Shown here: piece after piece, positions 1 to 13,288 of the stretch | Layout: each line of letters opens with the position of its first letter | Numbering within the stretch: position 1 is the stretch's first letter | From: Eledone cirrhosa | Lineage: Eukaryota | Assembly (NCBI GenBank): GCA_964016885.1 | Contig: OZ024756.1 | Span: forward strand, 31,248,001-31,312,000 | Direction of reading: 5' to 3' | Length of the DNA: 64,000 bases | Notes under the pieces: model-generated | Database searches by the model: none | What the model was told of the DNA's origin: nothing | What the model saw: only the letters and a program-made list of their open reading frames with translations | Translations under genes and position numbers: made by a program

Positions 1-240
1 TTATTTTTATTTTATAGATATCTAGTTTTTAGTTTTATTTTTATTTTATATCTAGTTTTTATTTTTATTTTTATTTTATATCTAGTTTTTATTTTTATTT
101 TTATTTTATAAATATCTAGTTTTTATTTTTATTTTTATTTTATAAATATCTAGTTTTTAGTTTTATTTTTATTTTATATCTAGTTTTTATTTTTATTTTT
201 ATTTTATAAATATCTAGTTTTTAGTTTTATTTTATTTTCT
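1..240. repeat. AT-rich minisatellite, ~30-bp unit (TATCTAGTTTTTATTTTTATTTTATTTTA)
   Basis: Unit anchored on TATCTAG recurs about 6 times. Confidence 0.85.
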
Positions 241-361
241 TACTTTCGTTTAGTCTCCGTCTTCAAAATAAAGTATAATCACAAATTATTCAAATTTTCG
301 GACACTGGACGAGTGCGTGCAGGACGGTTTCGTCGCCCTGCGCGCATCTCGGACATGCCCG

Positions 362-965
362 GCTGTGGAGGTATGGCGGTGTGTTTGGTGGTGGTGGTGG
401 TGGTGGTGGTGGTGAGGGTGATGGTTGTTGATGTATGGCAGTGTGTTTGGTGGTGGTGGGGTGGGTGGTGGTGAGGTTGATGGTTGTGGAGGTATGGCGG
501 TGTGTTTGGTGGTGGTGGTGGTGGTGGTGAGGTTGATGGTTATGGATGTATGGCGGTGTGTTTGGTGGTGGTGGTGGTGGTGGTGGTGAGGGTGATGGTT
601 ATGGATGTATGGCGGTGTGTTTGGTGGTGGTGGTGTGGGTGGTGGTGAGGTTGATGGTTGTGGATGTATGGTGGTGTGTTTGGTGGTGGTGGTGGTGGTG
701 GTGAGGGTGATGGTTGTTGATGTATGGCAGTGTGTTTGGTGGTGGTGGTGTGGGTGGTGGTGAGGTTGATGGTTGTGGAGGTATGGCGGTGTGTTTGCTG
801 GTGGTGGTGGTGGTGGTGGTAGTGGTGGTGAGGTTGATGGTTATGGATGTATGGCGGTGTGTTTGGTGGTGGTGGTGGTGAGGGTGAGGTTGTTGATGTA
901 TGGCAGTGTGTTTGGTGGTGGTGGTGTGGGTGGTGGTGAGGGTGATGGTTGTTGATGTATGGCAC
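362..965. repeat. G/T-rich minisatellite, ~57-60-bp unit built on (GGT)n
   Basis: GATGGTTGT(T/G)GATGTATGGCGGTGTGTTTGGT(GGT)n repeated about 10 times; explains the His/Pro/Gly ORFs. Confidence 0.9.
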
Positions 966-1226
966 CTCCATATTTTTCTTGTTTATTGTTCGCATCTACG
1001 TCTTTTTAAAGGTTGAGATGAATAGACTTCTTTATAAATATCTAGTTTTTATTTTTATTTTTATTTTATTTTCTTACTTTCGTTTAGTCTCCGTCTTCAA
1101 AATAAAGTATAATCACAAATTATTCAAATTTTTTCTCATCCAATGTTTGTGTTTCAATGATGTACAAGCACACACACACACACAAACAGACAGACACACA
1201 CACAAACACACACACAAACACACATC

Positions 1227-1260
<34 letters not shown>

Positions 1261-1318
1261 GGTATAAATATATATTCGCATAGGAAATTGGAACGTTATC
1301 CACTGAAGGTTCCTTAAA

Positions 1319-1354
1319 CCCTGATGAAGGGACTTTTAGATCCCGAAATATTGG
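1319..1354 (+). ncRNA. Minimal type I hammerhead ribozyme motif (PLE-type)
   Basis: cc CTGATGA a GGGA-cttttaga-TCCC GAA ATAT T gg: intact core, helix II, palindromic helix III, short helix I. Confidence 0.7.
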
Positions 1355-2405
1355 ACAAATAAAACAACAAAATATCAACAAAACAAAGATTACCAGGTAA
1401 CTTTTACTTTTCGTTACCTCGTCTTTCAGTCCATTTTGTATTGTTCAGCCTTCTATCTCTTTCAATGTTATAAATAATAAATAATAAATAATAAATGGGT
1501 GAGTTAGTTGTGTAAGTATATTCCATGGTAGTGGTGGTGCTGGCGGTGTTGATTCTGATGCTGCTAAATTTGGTGGTTGTAGTACTGTTGTTGCAGTGTC
1601 TGAGAGTGGTGGTGATAGTGCAGCTTTTGTTGTTGTTGTTGTTGTTGCTGCTGCTTGTGGTGGTGGTGGTGGTGGTTTTGCTGGCAGTGTTCATACTGCT
1701 GCTGTTAATTATGGTAGTTGTAGTGCTGCTTCTGCTGCTGGTGTTGTTGTTTGTGGTGGTGGTGGTGGTGTGTGGTGTGTGGTAGTGTTCACACTGCTAC
1801 TGTTTCTGATGGTGGTAGTGGTAGTATGCAGCTGTTGCCATTGTTGTCGTTGTTGTTTGTGGTGGTGGTGGGGTGGGGGGTGATACTGCTGCTACTGTTA
1901 TTGATGGTGGTAGTGATAATTCAGCTACTGCTGCTTTCGTTATTGTTGCTGGTGTTATTGTTATTGGTGTTGTTGTTTATATCATGTGTGTCCTATGTGT
2001 TATACGACAGACACATTTTCTTGCCAGTCAGTAATGATCCAACAATGGTTGGTTTGTTTGTTAAAGACAATTACCATTCTTTGAAGACGAACTATTGTAA
2101 GTAGTTGGAATAAATTCAAACGACATTTCAGTAGTGAGAGAAAAAGAAACAACAACAACAGCAATATTAACAACAACAGCTACAATAACAGCAACAACAA
2201 TGACGACAACAACGAGGACAACAACAACAACAACAGCAACAACAACTGATACACAGCAGCAACAAGAACAAGAACAGTGAAATTAACGTTTCATGTTTAT
2301 GGCTTATTAGAGGATGACAGAAAGAGGGAATGTAAGGTGGTGGGGAAGTGGTGACGGTGGTGTAGGTTGGAACAACTGTCATGCTATATATATATGTGCG
2401 TGTGG

Positions 2406-2472
<67 letters not shown>

Positions 2473-2540
2473 TGTGTGTGTGTGTTTTGATTGTATAAAT
2501 ATGTTTATACATATGTGTGTACACATTCATACATATATAT

Positions 2541-2750
2541 ATTGTTATACTTTGAGAGGGTCACGCTGTCAATAAAACACACGCAACTGTTGGTTTTCAA
2601 TTTAATTTATCATAAATTTCCGGTTGGTTGGTTCAATAATCGGATGGTTATTTATATAATCTCAAAGCTCTTTCGTCACATATTATGTGACCTCCTCAAT
2701 GACTGATTTCTGATTTTGTGTCTTTGCTTTGTTCTGTCCTATATTATATT
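2541..2750 (-). mobile_element. PLE-like terminal repeat fragment with degenerate hammerhead (2661-2703)
   Basis: Minus strand: tca TTGAGGA g GTCACAT-aat-ATGTGAC GAA AGAGCT T tga, ending ...ATAACAAT into (AT)n; homologous to 21256-21358. Confidence 0.6.
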
Positions 2751-2809
2751 GTTTTTGTGCGTCACACGAAAGCAACATGTAATACGAAATACCACTAACG
2801 AGTTATATT

Positions 2810-3065
2810 AAATATCTCATTAGGAAACACCAAATACAAATTTAAGATTGAAAAATAATAACAAATGTTATCTTTGATACTCAATAGCCTAATATTACAA
2901 ATTGAACCCAGTATACTGAGACTTGCTTTAAGGAAATACATACCAAAACGTTAAGCACTTTAAATATATAGTGACATTAGACATGTCACTGTGTCTCAAA
3001 TAGCGCTTTTTAAAATACCATTGAAAATTGCACTGTCTAACTTACTGACTCGTTACAGTGCTGGA
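2810..3065 (+). pseudogene. Possible decayed GIY-YIG endonuclease C-terminus of a Penelope-like element
   Basis: Frameshifted peptides GNTKYKFKI and YSDIR..SLCLK*RF resemble the PLE motifs YIGxTxxxFKxR and YSNxxKRCxLCLxEK; next to an inverted HHR-bearing repeat. Confidence 0.35.
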
Positions 3066-3376
3066 TGGATTGAATCAAGAAGAAGAAGAAGAAGAAGAAG
3101 AAGAGATAATTTATAGGAAGTGAGACTTATTATGTAGCAGAAATAGTACTAGTAGTAATAATAGTAGTAGGAAGTAGAAGTGAAGAAGAATTGCATAAAA
3201 GGATGTGAAATGGAATGTGCTGCGAGAAAATAGAAGCGAAATTGAAATGAAATGAAATAATGAGAAAATTATTTAGCAATAAAGGAACACAGTTGTGTCG
3301 AAGCGAAATTGAGATATTTGCTAATAGATCTTCAATAGACATTCCACTTACGGATTTAACAGTAGCGACAACTTAC

Positions 3377-3620
3377 ACTTGAAACATTGTTGAAATCTTA
3401 TTCCATTTACAACGTCGACGCCAGCATTTCTTCTATTTTAATAAACAATCGTGATCTGTTGGCGAAAATTGTCGTCGAAAATTACACTGTCTGTAGTGTA
3501 ATTCTGTTGAAAGAGTAGAAAGTTGGAAGTATTTGTCGCCATTTTAGAATGGAAAGGAAAATGAAAATGAAAATGAGGCTTTCGTCGTCTCTCTACGTTG
3601 TCGATCGGCGCGTTGGTTTC
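3377..3620 (-). other. Candidate first exon / promoter-proximal unique segment
   Basis: Locally CpG-rich non-repetitive DNA; minus strand has AAAATGGCG (YY1-like) and GTAAGT donor matches at 3371-3376 and 3346-3351; no long ORF. Confidence 0.25.
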
Positions 3621-3627
3621 ATGAATC

Positions 3628-4066
<439 letters not shown>

Positions 4067-4112
4067 AAGTTAAATAAAAAGTCAAATGTTTAAAATTTAG
4101 CTTCGTTTATTA

Positions 4113-4165
4113 CTGCTATATATATTTCAGTGACAGCCATCTTTGGCTGTGACCTCTTCGGGCAG
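4113..4165 (-). ncRNA. Minimal hammerhead ribozyme motif (one core substitution)
   Basis: Minus strand: CTGC CCGAAGA g GTCACAGCC-aaagat-GGCTGTCAC t GAA ATATATAT A GCAG. Confidence 0.65.
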
Positions 4166-4605
4166 TCCGAATTGGTATGTTAGAGACAAGTACATATGTT
4201 GTTGAGGTGTATAATATTGTCAAAACTCTAATATGCCCAGTACCTGGTTGGGTTGTTATTTCATTGAGGAACTGGAATCATAACCAACCTGCGCACTTCG
4301 TCGAGTGCTCCAGCCTGCATACTGAGGTGTTGGTATACAACCAACATATACTCAAAATCTCTCTCTCTATATATATATATATAATTGGAGGCTTAGTAAA
4401 ATCGAATCTTTGGCGGTGCAAGCAAATACGACCTACTATATGAATGAGTTAGCAAAGCACTCGACAAGGTAGGTCCTTAGAGTAATAACATACGTTTAAA
4501 TAGCTTGACAAATTGAACATTGTGGTAAGCAAAATCTAACACACAATACCAAAGTAACGAAAGAACTAAGAGGTTGAGAAAAAATACACAATATATATAT
4601 ATATA

Positions 4606-4803
4606 TAGGAAAAAGTATGACCCCGACGGCAGAGCTCAAGCCGTTTCGACGGCTATTTCTATACAGTCTAGAAATAGCCGTCGAAACAGCTTGAGCTCTG
4701 CCGTCGGGATCATACTTTTTCTTATTACCCACTCTACTACCCTAAGTATTGAGTACTCTGGTGCGTTATGGTCTATCTGGTTCCTTACCACAATTCCTTC
4801 GTT
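4606..4803 (+). mobile_element. Family A fold-back element (hammerhead-derived palindrome plus ~80-bp tail) in (TA)n
   Basis: ~56-bp inverted arms 4606-4724, then CCCACTCTACTACCCTAAGTATTGAGTACTCTGGTGCGTTATGG...CCTTCGTT; flanked by (TA)n. Confidence 0.9.
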
Positions 4804-4816
4804 ATATATATATATA

Positions 4817-5004
4817 GGGCGGTAGATTGGCAGTATCGGTAGAGAGTCGGATGCCATGTTTTCTAGCATAGTTACGTCCCTTTACGATCTGAGTTCAAAT
4901 CCCGCCGAGGTTGACTTTGCATTTCATCCTTACGGGGTCGATAAAATAAAGTACCAGTAATGCACTGGGTAATTGCTGGCCTTGTGCCTAAAGTAGAAAT
5001 AGTT
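4817..5004 (+). mobile_element. tRNA-derived SINE (family S1; central domain resembles the Meta/MESC type)
   Basis: A box TGGCAGTATCGG, B box GAGTTCAAATCC, body CTTTGC(C/A)TTTCATCCTTACGGGGTCGATAAAATAAAGTACCAG; about 30 copies in the window. Confidence 0.9.
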
Positions 5005-5048
5005 ATATATATATATATATATATATACTGAAAAGAGAAAACGCTATC

Positions 5049-5088
<40 letters not shown>

Positions 5089-5089
5089 A

Positions 5090-5189
<100 letters not shown>

Positions 5190-5437
5190 TACGAAAATCT
5201 TGGTTGAGCCAATAACTGTGCAAAGCATTATAAAATTAGTAGTATGTCAATAGGTTTCGTGTCTATAAGAGATTAAAATAGGTAGAAAACAAACAAACAA
5301 ATGAAGAAATAAATAGATTGTTGGTTGTCATGAATGGAAGTCATAAAAAGTTTTAGAGAAAAGTAGTCCAATGTTTGTTATAACATTTTACTACAAACAA
5401 CAGACAACAAAGATGGGATCTACAGCAAGAAAGGGTG

Positions 5438-5555
5438 GTAGTAAAATATAGCTAAAATATAGTAAAATAGAGTAAAATATAGTAAAATATAGTAAAATAT
5501 AGCTAAAATATAGTAAAATATAGTAAAATATAGCTAAAATATAGTAAAATATAGC
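5438..5555. repeat. 10-bp minisatellite (AGTAAAATAT)n
   Basis: About 11 tandem units. Confidence 0.9.
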
Positions 5556-5880
5556 CAAAGAGAGTAGGTGAAAGAGGGAGTGACAGAGGGAGAGAGGCAG
5601 TGAGGGAGGGAGAGAGAGAGTGAGTGAGAGAGGAAGTGACAGAGAGAGAGGCAGTGAGGGAGGGAGAGAGAGTGAGAGAGAGAGAGGGAGTGACAGAGAG
5701 AGAGGCAGTGAGGGAGGGAGAGAGAGTGAGAGAGAGAGGGAGTGAGGGAGGGTGAGAGAGAGTGAGAGAGAGAGTGAAGAAGGGAGAGAAAGAGAGTGAG
5801 CGAGAGAGAGAGAGACAGAGAGAAAGAGAGAGTGGGGAAGAGACAGAGAGTGAGGGAGTGGGCGAGAGAGAGACAGAGAG

Positions 5881-5917
<37 letters not shown>

Positions 5918-6141
5918 CATACACAAACACACTCATCTTTACTGAGACGTACACACATAGAGACCCATATATACTCAGACATATAGACACTCACACACAC
6001 ACACACTCAAACACAGTTATACATACTCAGATATGCATACACTTACATACACACATATACACATAGACCACACACAACACATTTACATACCTCACTTACA
6101 CACACACACCACACACAGACACATACACACACACACACAGT

Positions 6142-6244
<103 letters not shown>

Positions 6245-6359
6245 AGTGACACGCCACAAACAAACACATTTACATACCTCACTTACACACACACACATAC
6301 ACACACACTTACATACAACTATGTATATACACACACAGTGAGAGATAGAGAGAGAGATG

Positions 6360-6419
<60 letters not shown>

Positions 6420-6773
6420 AAGAAGTGACATACATACTCAGACACATATACAAACACACAAAGATACACACACTCTATCTATCATACACATACACATACA
6501 GAGACACATACACATACACATACACATACACGACACACATTTACAGCCTTCCCCCTCATACACAGATATAAACCGCACATGCACGCACAATAGCAAATCT
6601 TACCAAACCTTACCTTACCAAACAACACCAAACCAAACAACACCATACCAAACCATAGCAAACCATACCAAACCATATCATCCCCAAACAAACCAAACAA
6701 ACCAAACAAACCAAACAAACCAACAAACAATAAACATATATCAGAATGGTAGTTTTAGTTTTATTGTTGTTGA

Positions 6774-6847
<74 letters not shown>

Positions 6848-7062
6848 TCTGTCTCTTTGTTTTTGCTTTGTTTGTTTATTTTATGGTCCGACCATCAAAA
6901 GCAAAGAAATAACATTGATCCAACCTAAACTGATATCTGCGTGTGCAGAAATATTTTAACATTCAACAGGTTTATATGTCCGTATATATATATATATATA
7001 TATAAATATGCGTGTGTGTGTGTGTGTGTGCGTGTGTGTGTGTATTTTGGGGTTATAGCTAC

Positions 7063-7203
7063 TGTCGCCCAGAGAGTGGGATTGGCTCAGTGCATAGTCT
7101 TTCATCACTTTAAAAAAAAAAAGATTTCACGCACAGGCATTGCACGATAGCATTACTTGGTGATTATTTATAATGTTATATCGTGCAATGGCAGCCTCCA
7201 TGT
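7063..7203 (+). mobile_element. Diverged fragment of RTE-derived family R
   Basis: AGAGAGTGGGATTGGCT...TTCACGCACAGGCATTGC...TGGCAGCCTCCATG matches 48178-48455 with deletion. Confidence 0.6.
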
Positions 7204-7537
7204 GTGTGTATGCGTGTGTATATGTGCGTGTATGTGTGTGCATGTGTGTGCGTGGGTGTATGTATGTACGCATAAATATATATATGTATATATATATATA
7301 TTTATGTGTACATACATACACCCACGCACACACACACATGTTACCTACGTAACTATGTGTGCTTACACACTTTTACAAATTATCCCCTGATTGTTTCATA
7401 TGTTTATTTATATGTCAATTAAATTTTAGTTGTTATATATATATATATGTATATGTATTTATGAATGCAAGTATATATGTATGTTTTTTATTGTATTTTG
7501 TGGAGCAAGAAACTCCTAGACTTCGTTAAAACACCTC

Positions 7538-7805
7538 TCTAGGAGAAGGTCACTGCTATAAAACCTGTGACTTCGTTTTCATCCAATGATGTTGACCAGT
7601 TCTTCTTTTTAGGCAAATGCATTCGATGTTCAGAGCAAAACCTTTCCTCACTTAAAAAAGCTTCAAGCACAGGCATCGCTTTAAATGTGACATTTTTTGC
7701 GATGCTTGGCATTGCTGGCATTGCTGGACTAAAAAGCCACCTCCGTGACACTCATACTTAAGTATCAAGCGTTGGCATTATTCGAAATCGAGTTACAGCC
7801 GTCAT
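7538..7805 (+). mobile_element. Diverged copy of RTE-derived family R
   Basis: CTAGGAGAAGG, ATCCAATGATGTTGAC, GCTGGACTAAAAAG (AGLKSHLR) and CGAAATCGAGTT blocks are collinear with family R. Confidence 0.65.
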
Positions 7806-8718
7806 ATATGTCACCTTCCAATAATTATGCTTCATCTAACGACGCCGAACAACATTGATGCTACATAGGGACATCAACATATTTTATTCTACTCTGTAGT
7901 ATGATCTAAACCATCATTCATGCAGCCATTATAACAAACATGATACAGCTGCAAACATCTTAAACATGCAGCAGTTAGATTCTGTTAAATACTCAGTGAA
8001 GTCATGTTCTTTCATCTTCTATGTTTGCCTCCTAAATCAATGATAAATTACTTTCTGCGTTTCTTTTTTTTTTTCATCCCTGTGCAAATCAGTTGTAAGT
8101 AAAATACATTTTCCAAAAATATGGTGTCTAGCTACAAACTTAAGATATCCCACCTCCACATCACACTACTCATGTTCTATTCAATCATCTTATCAATAAC
8201 CAACGTGCATCTGCCTATCATTGTCTCTCTTTCCGCTCCTGTCATTCTCTTTCTTCCCTGTTATTTTTACCTATACATTTTTTTCACTCGCTCCCTCTGA
8301 TTCGATCTCTGTTATCTCTCTCCTCCTCACTCTTTCTCTATCACTCACTCTTTCTCTCTCTCTCACTTACTCGCTTTATTTCTCTCTCTCTCACTTACTC
8401 TCACTCTCTCTCTCTCTCTCTCTTACTCGCTTTATCTCTCTCTCTCTCTCTCTCTTACTCACTTTACCTCTCTCTCTCCCTCTCTTTCCCTTACACATTG
8501 TCTCTCTCTCTCTCTCTCTCTCTCTTCTATTTACGCTATTGGTCATGTTTTCCTTAAACAAACGAAGACGATGTGAAGCAGAAATGATGTTTTAGTGTTG
8601 CCGAGAACCTAATAACCGTAGTAACGCTGGCACTATGATAACATTCACGTAATACTGCACTCTTTTAACTGGTTGACCTAATAGAAATACTCGGGCCGTA
8701 AAAAATGTAATGAAATAT

Positions 8719-9380
8719 AATTGTTTCTACTTTTGGCACAAGGCCAGCAATTACCCAGTGTATCACTGTACTTTATTTTATCGACCCCGTAACGATGAAA
8801 GGCATTTGAACTCAGACCGTAAAGGGGCGTAAATATGCTAGAAAACATGGCGTCCAACCCTCTACCGTTACTGCTAATTCACTGATATATAATTGTTTTT
8901 ACTTTTGGCACAAGGCCAGCAATTATCCAGTGCATTACTGGTACTTTATTTTATCGATCCCGTAAGGATGAAAAGCAAAGTTAACCTCGGCGGGATTTGA
9001 ACTCAGAATGGCAAGGGCCGTAACTCTATGCGTCAAAGCATGGCGTCAGACCCTCTACCGATACAGTCAATCCAACGAAAATGAAACATCGGCCTCCGAC
9101 ACGTTGTGAGGCTCAGTAACCATTTATATATATATAACAATATTGCATATCTATAATCTTTGATATCCATTTATCATCGGGTCTCATAAGTATTGGATAC
9201 GGTAGATTGCGGTAGAGGGTCCGACGCCATGCTTTGCAACATAGTGTTATGACCCTTTACTGTGAGAGTTCAAATCTCGCCGAGGTTAAATTTGCCTTTA
9301 ATCCTACGAGTTCGATAAAATAAGGTACCAGTAATGCACTGGGTTAATTGCTGGCCTTGTACCAAAAGTAGAAACACTTA
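8719..9380. mobile_element. Cluster of three S1 SINEs (8719-8882 -, 8891-9073 -, 9199-9380 +)
   Basis: Match to the S1 consensus on both strands. Confidence 0.88.
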
Positions 9381-10022
9381 TTATTGGATGAATTCATCAG
9401 CTGCCGAACTCAGAAACATTTCAAATTAAGTACAACTTTCTCATCCTCAACACTATTTTCATATACAAAATCTTATTTACTTATACACAGTCATTGTTTC
9501 ATCTTATTGTTATTCAAATTCATTATTTTACTGAAAGCAGCCATATTTAGCTGGTGTCAACAGTAAACATATTAATATGGGTTTTAGCCAGCGCTATGTC
9601 TACTACTTATTCAGATATCTTAGCCTAGTTTCCATTATTATTGTCTATAATGTATGGAAATTAAGAGTGACGTTGGGGGGAAAGAAAGAAGGGGAGAGAA
9701 AGAAAAACAAAATTTGGTGACATAAATAATGTTAATTTAAAAACAAAGAAAGCAAAATGGAAGAAAACTTGTCAAACACGAAGGAAGCTAAGAGGAGAGC
9801 TACTAACGAACTAATTAATGAAACAAACAATCAACCTAACAAACCAATGAGTAAGTCTTTACCTGGGTTCTCCATATACTAGAAATAGTAGACAAACCTC
9901 CTTCAAAATAAGGTCACATTGGACAATACAAGCCTATATATGTATATATATATATATATACATTCCTATGTACACACATCGACACATTCCACATTAACCC
10001 CACCCCACGCATTAACACACAG

Positions 10023-10126
<104 letters not shown>

Positions 10127-10582
10127 CATTAAGTGTGTGTGTAATAAAAATAATAAAATGGACTGGTTATAACTGGAATGCCTTTGCTCTCAGTCTAACC
10201 CTTTCAAGTTTGATTCGAGACCAAACAATCACCGCATTATAGCCAAACAAGAGAGCATCTCCATGGCATGGTTGTAATTCATGCTAGAAGTGGCAGTCAA
10301 AAATACTTAAAATCACACAGTAGTATCTTTAAACAAAGAAACACAAAACGAAAAGAGCACCTCGACAAAGTAGTTCTAGATATAGGGAAAATCGATAAGA
10401 CGGTCACGGCTGGAAGATTTTTTATCATAAATCTATTCATTCATGACTGAATTGTGGCGACACATTACCTACAACATCAATATCACTATCTCAGTAATAA
10501 CAACATCAACATCACCACCAGCACTATCAACAACAACACAAACTACAACATCAACATCACCAATATTTCCACCGCTAATAAC

Positions 10583-11018
10583 AATTTCTAGTACAGGCAC
10601 AAGGCCAGTAATTTGGGGGAGGAGAAAGTCGATTAAATCGAACCCAGTACCTTATCGACACAGTAAGGATGAAAAGCAAAGTTAATCTCGGCGGGATTTG
10701 AACTCAGGCCATAAAGGGCCCTAACTCTATGCTGTAATTCATCGTGTCCGACCCTCTACCGATACTGTGCCAAGCCACCGCCATAATAATAAGGGTTACT
10801 TATATAGGCACAAGGCCAGAAATTTGGGGGAAGGGTAAAGTCGATTAAATCGACCCCAGTGCGTAACTGGTACTTTATTTTATCAACGCCGTGAGGATGA
10901 AAGGCAAAGTTAACCTTGGCGGGATTTGAACTCAGATCTAAAGAGGCGCAAAGGGCCATAACTCTATGTTGTAAAGCATGGTGTCCGACTTTCTACCGAT
11001 ACTACCAATCCACTGCCC
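10583..11018 (-). mobile_element. Two tandem S1 SINEs (long variant)
   Basis: Reverse-complement S1 with the extra GTCGATTAAATCGA segment. Confidence 0.88.
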
Positions 11019-11854
11019 TCTTCCACCATTAATAACATCATTGATAACAAGTAAAACCTAACAGACAAACCAGCAAAGCTATCAGAAAATTATTTCGGAA
11101 AGATAAACAAGAAAAAAAAATAAATTAAAATAAAATTAAATAAAATAAAATAATATAAAATAAAATAAAATAAAATAAAATAAAATAAAATAAAATAAAA
11201 TAAATAAAATAACAAACATAACAAAAAACATCAGAAACTAACGACAATAACTATCATAATAAAAAAGATATGAAACTAAACCCAAATGCCTTTTGGATAC
11301 ATAATCTTAATTGAGGGTATTAAGTTCAGAAAGATTAAACAGGAGAGTCTTACAACTCGACTGCCTGAAGCCAATAAAAATTTCCTTTTACTTTTGGTTT
11401 TGATTTTGGTGTCATGTATATTTATCTAATTTTATTTGCTATATATATTTTCTTCGTTATACTTTTGGAGAAAAATTTTGGTAAAAATATCTAAAAAAAA
11501 AGAAAATCGAAAATAGAATATTGTCTATCTATAAGTTTATTTTTATGTGTGTGTAGTGGTTTTTTGTTTTTTGTTTCTTTGATTTGGGGGGCTTCTTTTT
11601 TTTTTTTAATTTTAGTCGAGAGCTTTAGGGAAAAACTGAATTAAGTTAGGTTTAAATCATATAAAATATATAATCAAAAAAAAAAAATAACGTCAACAAC
11701 ATACTTTGCAATATTGTGTTCGTATAGGAAGACATGACAACAACAGCACAGGGGGCGAATGAACTTAAAGGGAGAGACTCAACATTCCTGTAGTATACTC
11801 TACTAACAAATATAGACTTCAAATTTAGGCAGAAAATTTGGATTTCAAAGCTGA

Positions 11855-12310
11855 TTAACTTAACCCAAGTACTCAACTTTTATATTATATTATCGAGAGT
11901 GTCAGGATGAAAAGCAAAGTTGACCCTCAATTTTTAGCTCTGATTTGAGCTCAGAACGTAAAACGGTGCAACTCTATACAATAAATCATATTGTCCGTCG
12001 CTCTACTGATTAAATCAACCCTAGTACTTAACTTGTATATTATATTATCGAGAGCGTAAGGATGAAAATCAAAGTTGACCCTCAATTTTGTGCTCTGATT
12101 TGAGTTCAGAACGTAGAAATTGTAACTCTATGCAATAAATCATGTTGTCCGATGCTCTACCGACACTGTAAATCCACCGGCTTTCTTTTTTTTTTTTTAT
12201 TTAGATAAATATTTGGGGATATGAACTCAGAATGTAAAGAGCCAGAACAAACTCTGCAATGTAATATTTCATCAGATGTTTTACCAAATTCTACCAATCT
12301 TCCATCCACT
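11855..12310 (-). mobile_element. Tandemly duplicated diverged S1 SINE fragments
   Basis: AGGATGAAA..CAAAGTTGACCCTCAATTT..GCTCTGATTTGAG.TCAGAACGTA twice about 155 bp apart, sharing a private insertion. Confidence 0.75.
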
Positions 12311-12732
12311 CTGCTAACAGATATTGCAACACATAACAAGAGAAGAGATTAATGATTTCCAACCAGTGTTAACTTCTTTGCTGAAATCTCTTGGGAAGGG
12401 GTCTACAAAGGTAAGTTGAGGCGTTCTGTAAGATAAATTCATAATTTGAAGAGGTTAATGTGTAAATCTTATCAATGATCACGATAAGGGAATTAAAATT
12501 TAGTTTAAGTTTTGTTTTAAGTTATGGTGTCATATATATATATATATAGATATATATATATATATTATATATATATATATATATAAATGAATGGTAGAGT
12601 TAATAACTCATACTGAAACCCTGTAATTAACAAGCTCAAGGTATAAATACTGAGCATTATAATATTTCAAACAAGTGTGGTTCTTCAACCCTCGTAATAT
12701 TAGACACACGATTTACTGTGTTTATTACTGCA

Positions 12733-12818
<86 letters not shown>

Positions 12819-13083
12819 TTTCTAATTCTTCTTCATTATAATTTGCGAGAAAAATATATTTATGAAAAAACAAGAGTAAATAATATGATTTGACACTAAG
12901 TTCATCTTTATGTAGTTTAAAGATTTTCAGACACCAGCCTCAGGGAAGAATTGAGTTAAGTTCTGTATTTTTTTTTTCTTCCTTATATCTGAATTCAGAA
13001 GAATTGTTTACACATCACTGTTGATTATTTATAAAGCTAAGGCAGCTACCTAAAAACCGGTTGCAAATCTTATCCTAAATCAT

Positions 13084-13143
<60 letters not shown>

Positions 13144-13288
13144 TATGTGGATGTGAGGATGTGTATGGGGGGGAGGGCTGTGTGTGGTAAAAAAAATATT
13201 TGCCTGATTTACAAAATTTGAAAATGTATCACTGCAGACAGAAAATTCATAGGTATATATATATATATTCCAATTCCAACCCATTCTT

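Noticed and set aside
4606-4724. Family A as a classical MITE
   Set aside because: Palindrome is asymmetric with a one-sided tail, arm length varies between copies, and the arm maps onto a hammerhead 3' half
4817-4905. tRNA gene from A and B boxes
   Set aside because: No cloverleaf or T-run terminator; continues into a SINE body present in about 30 copies
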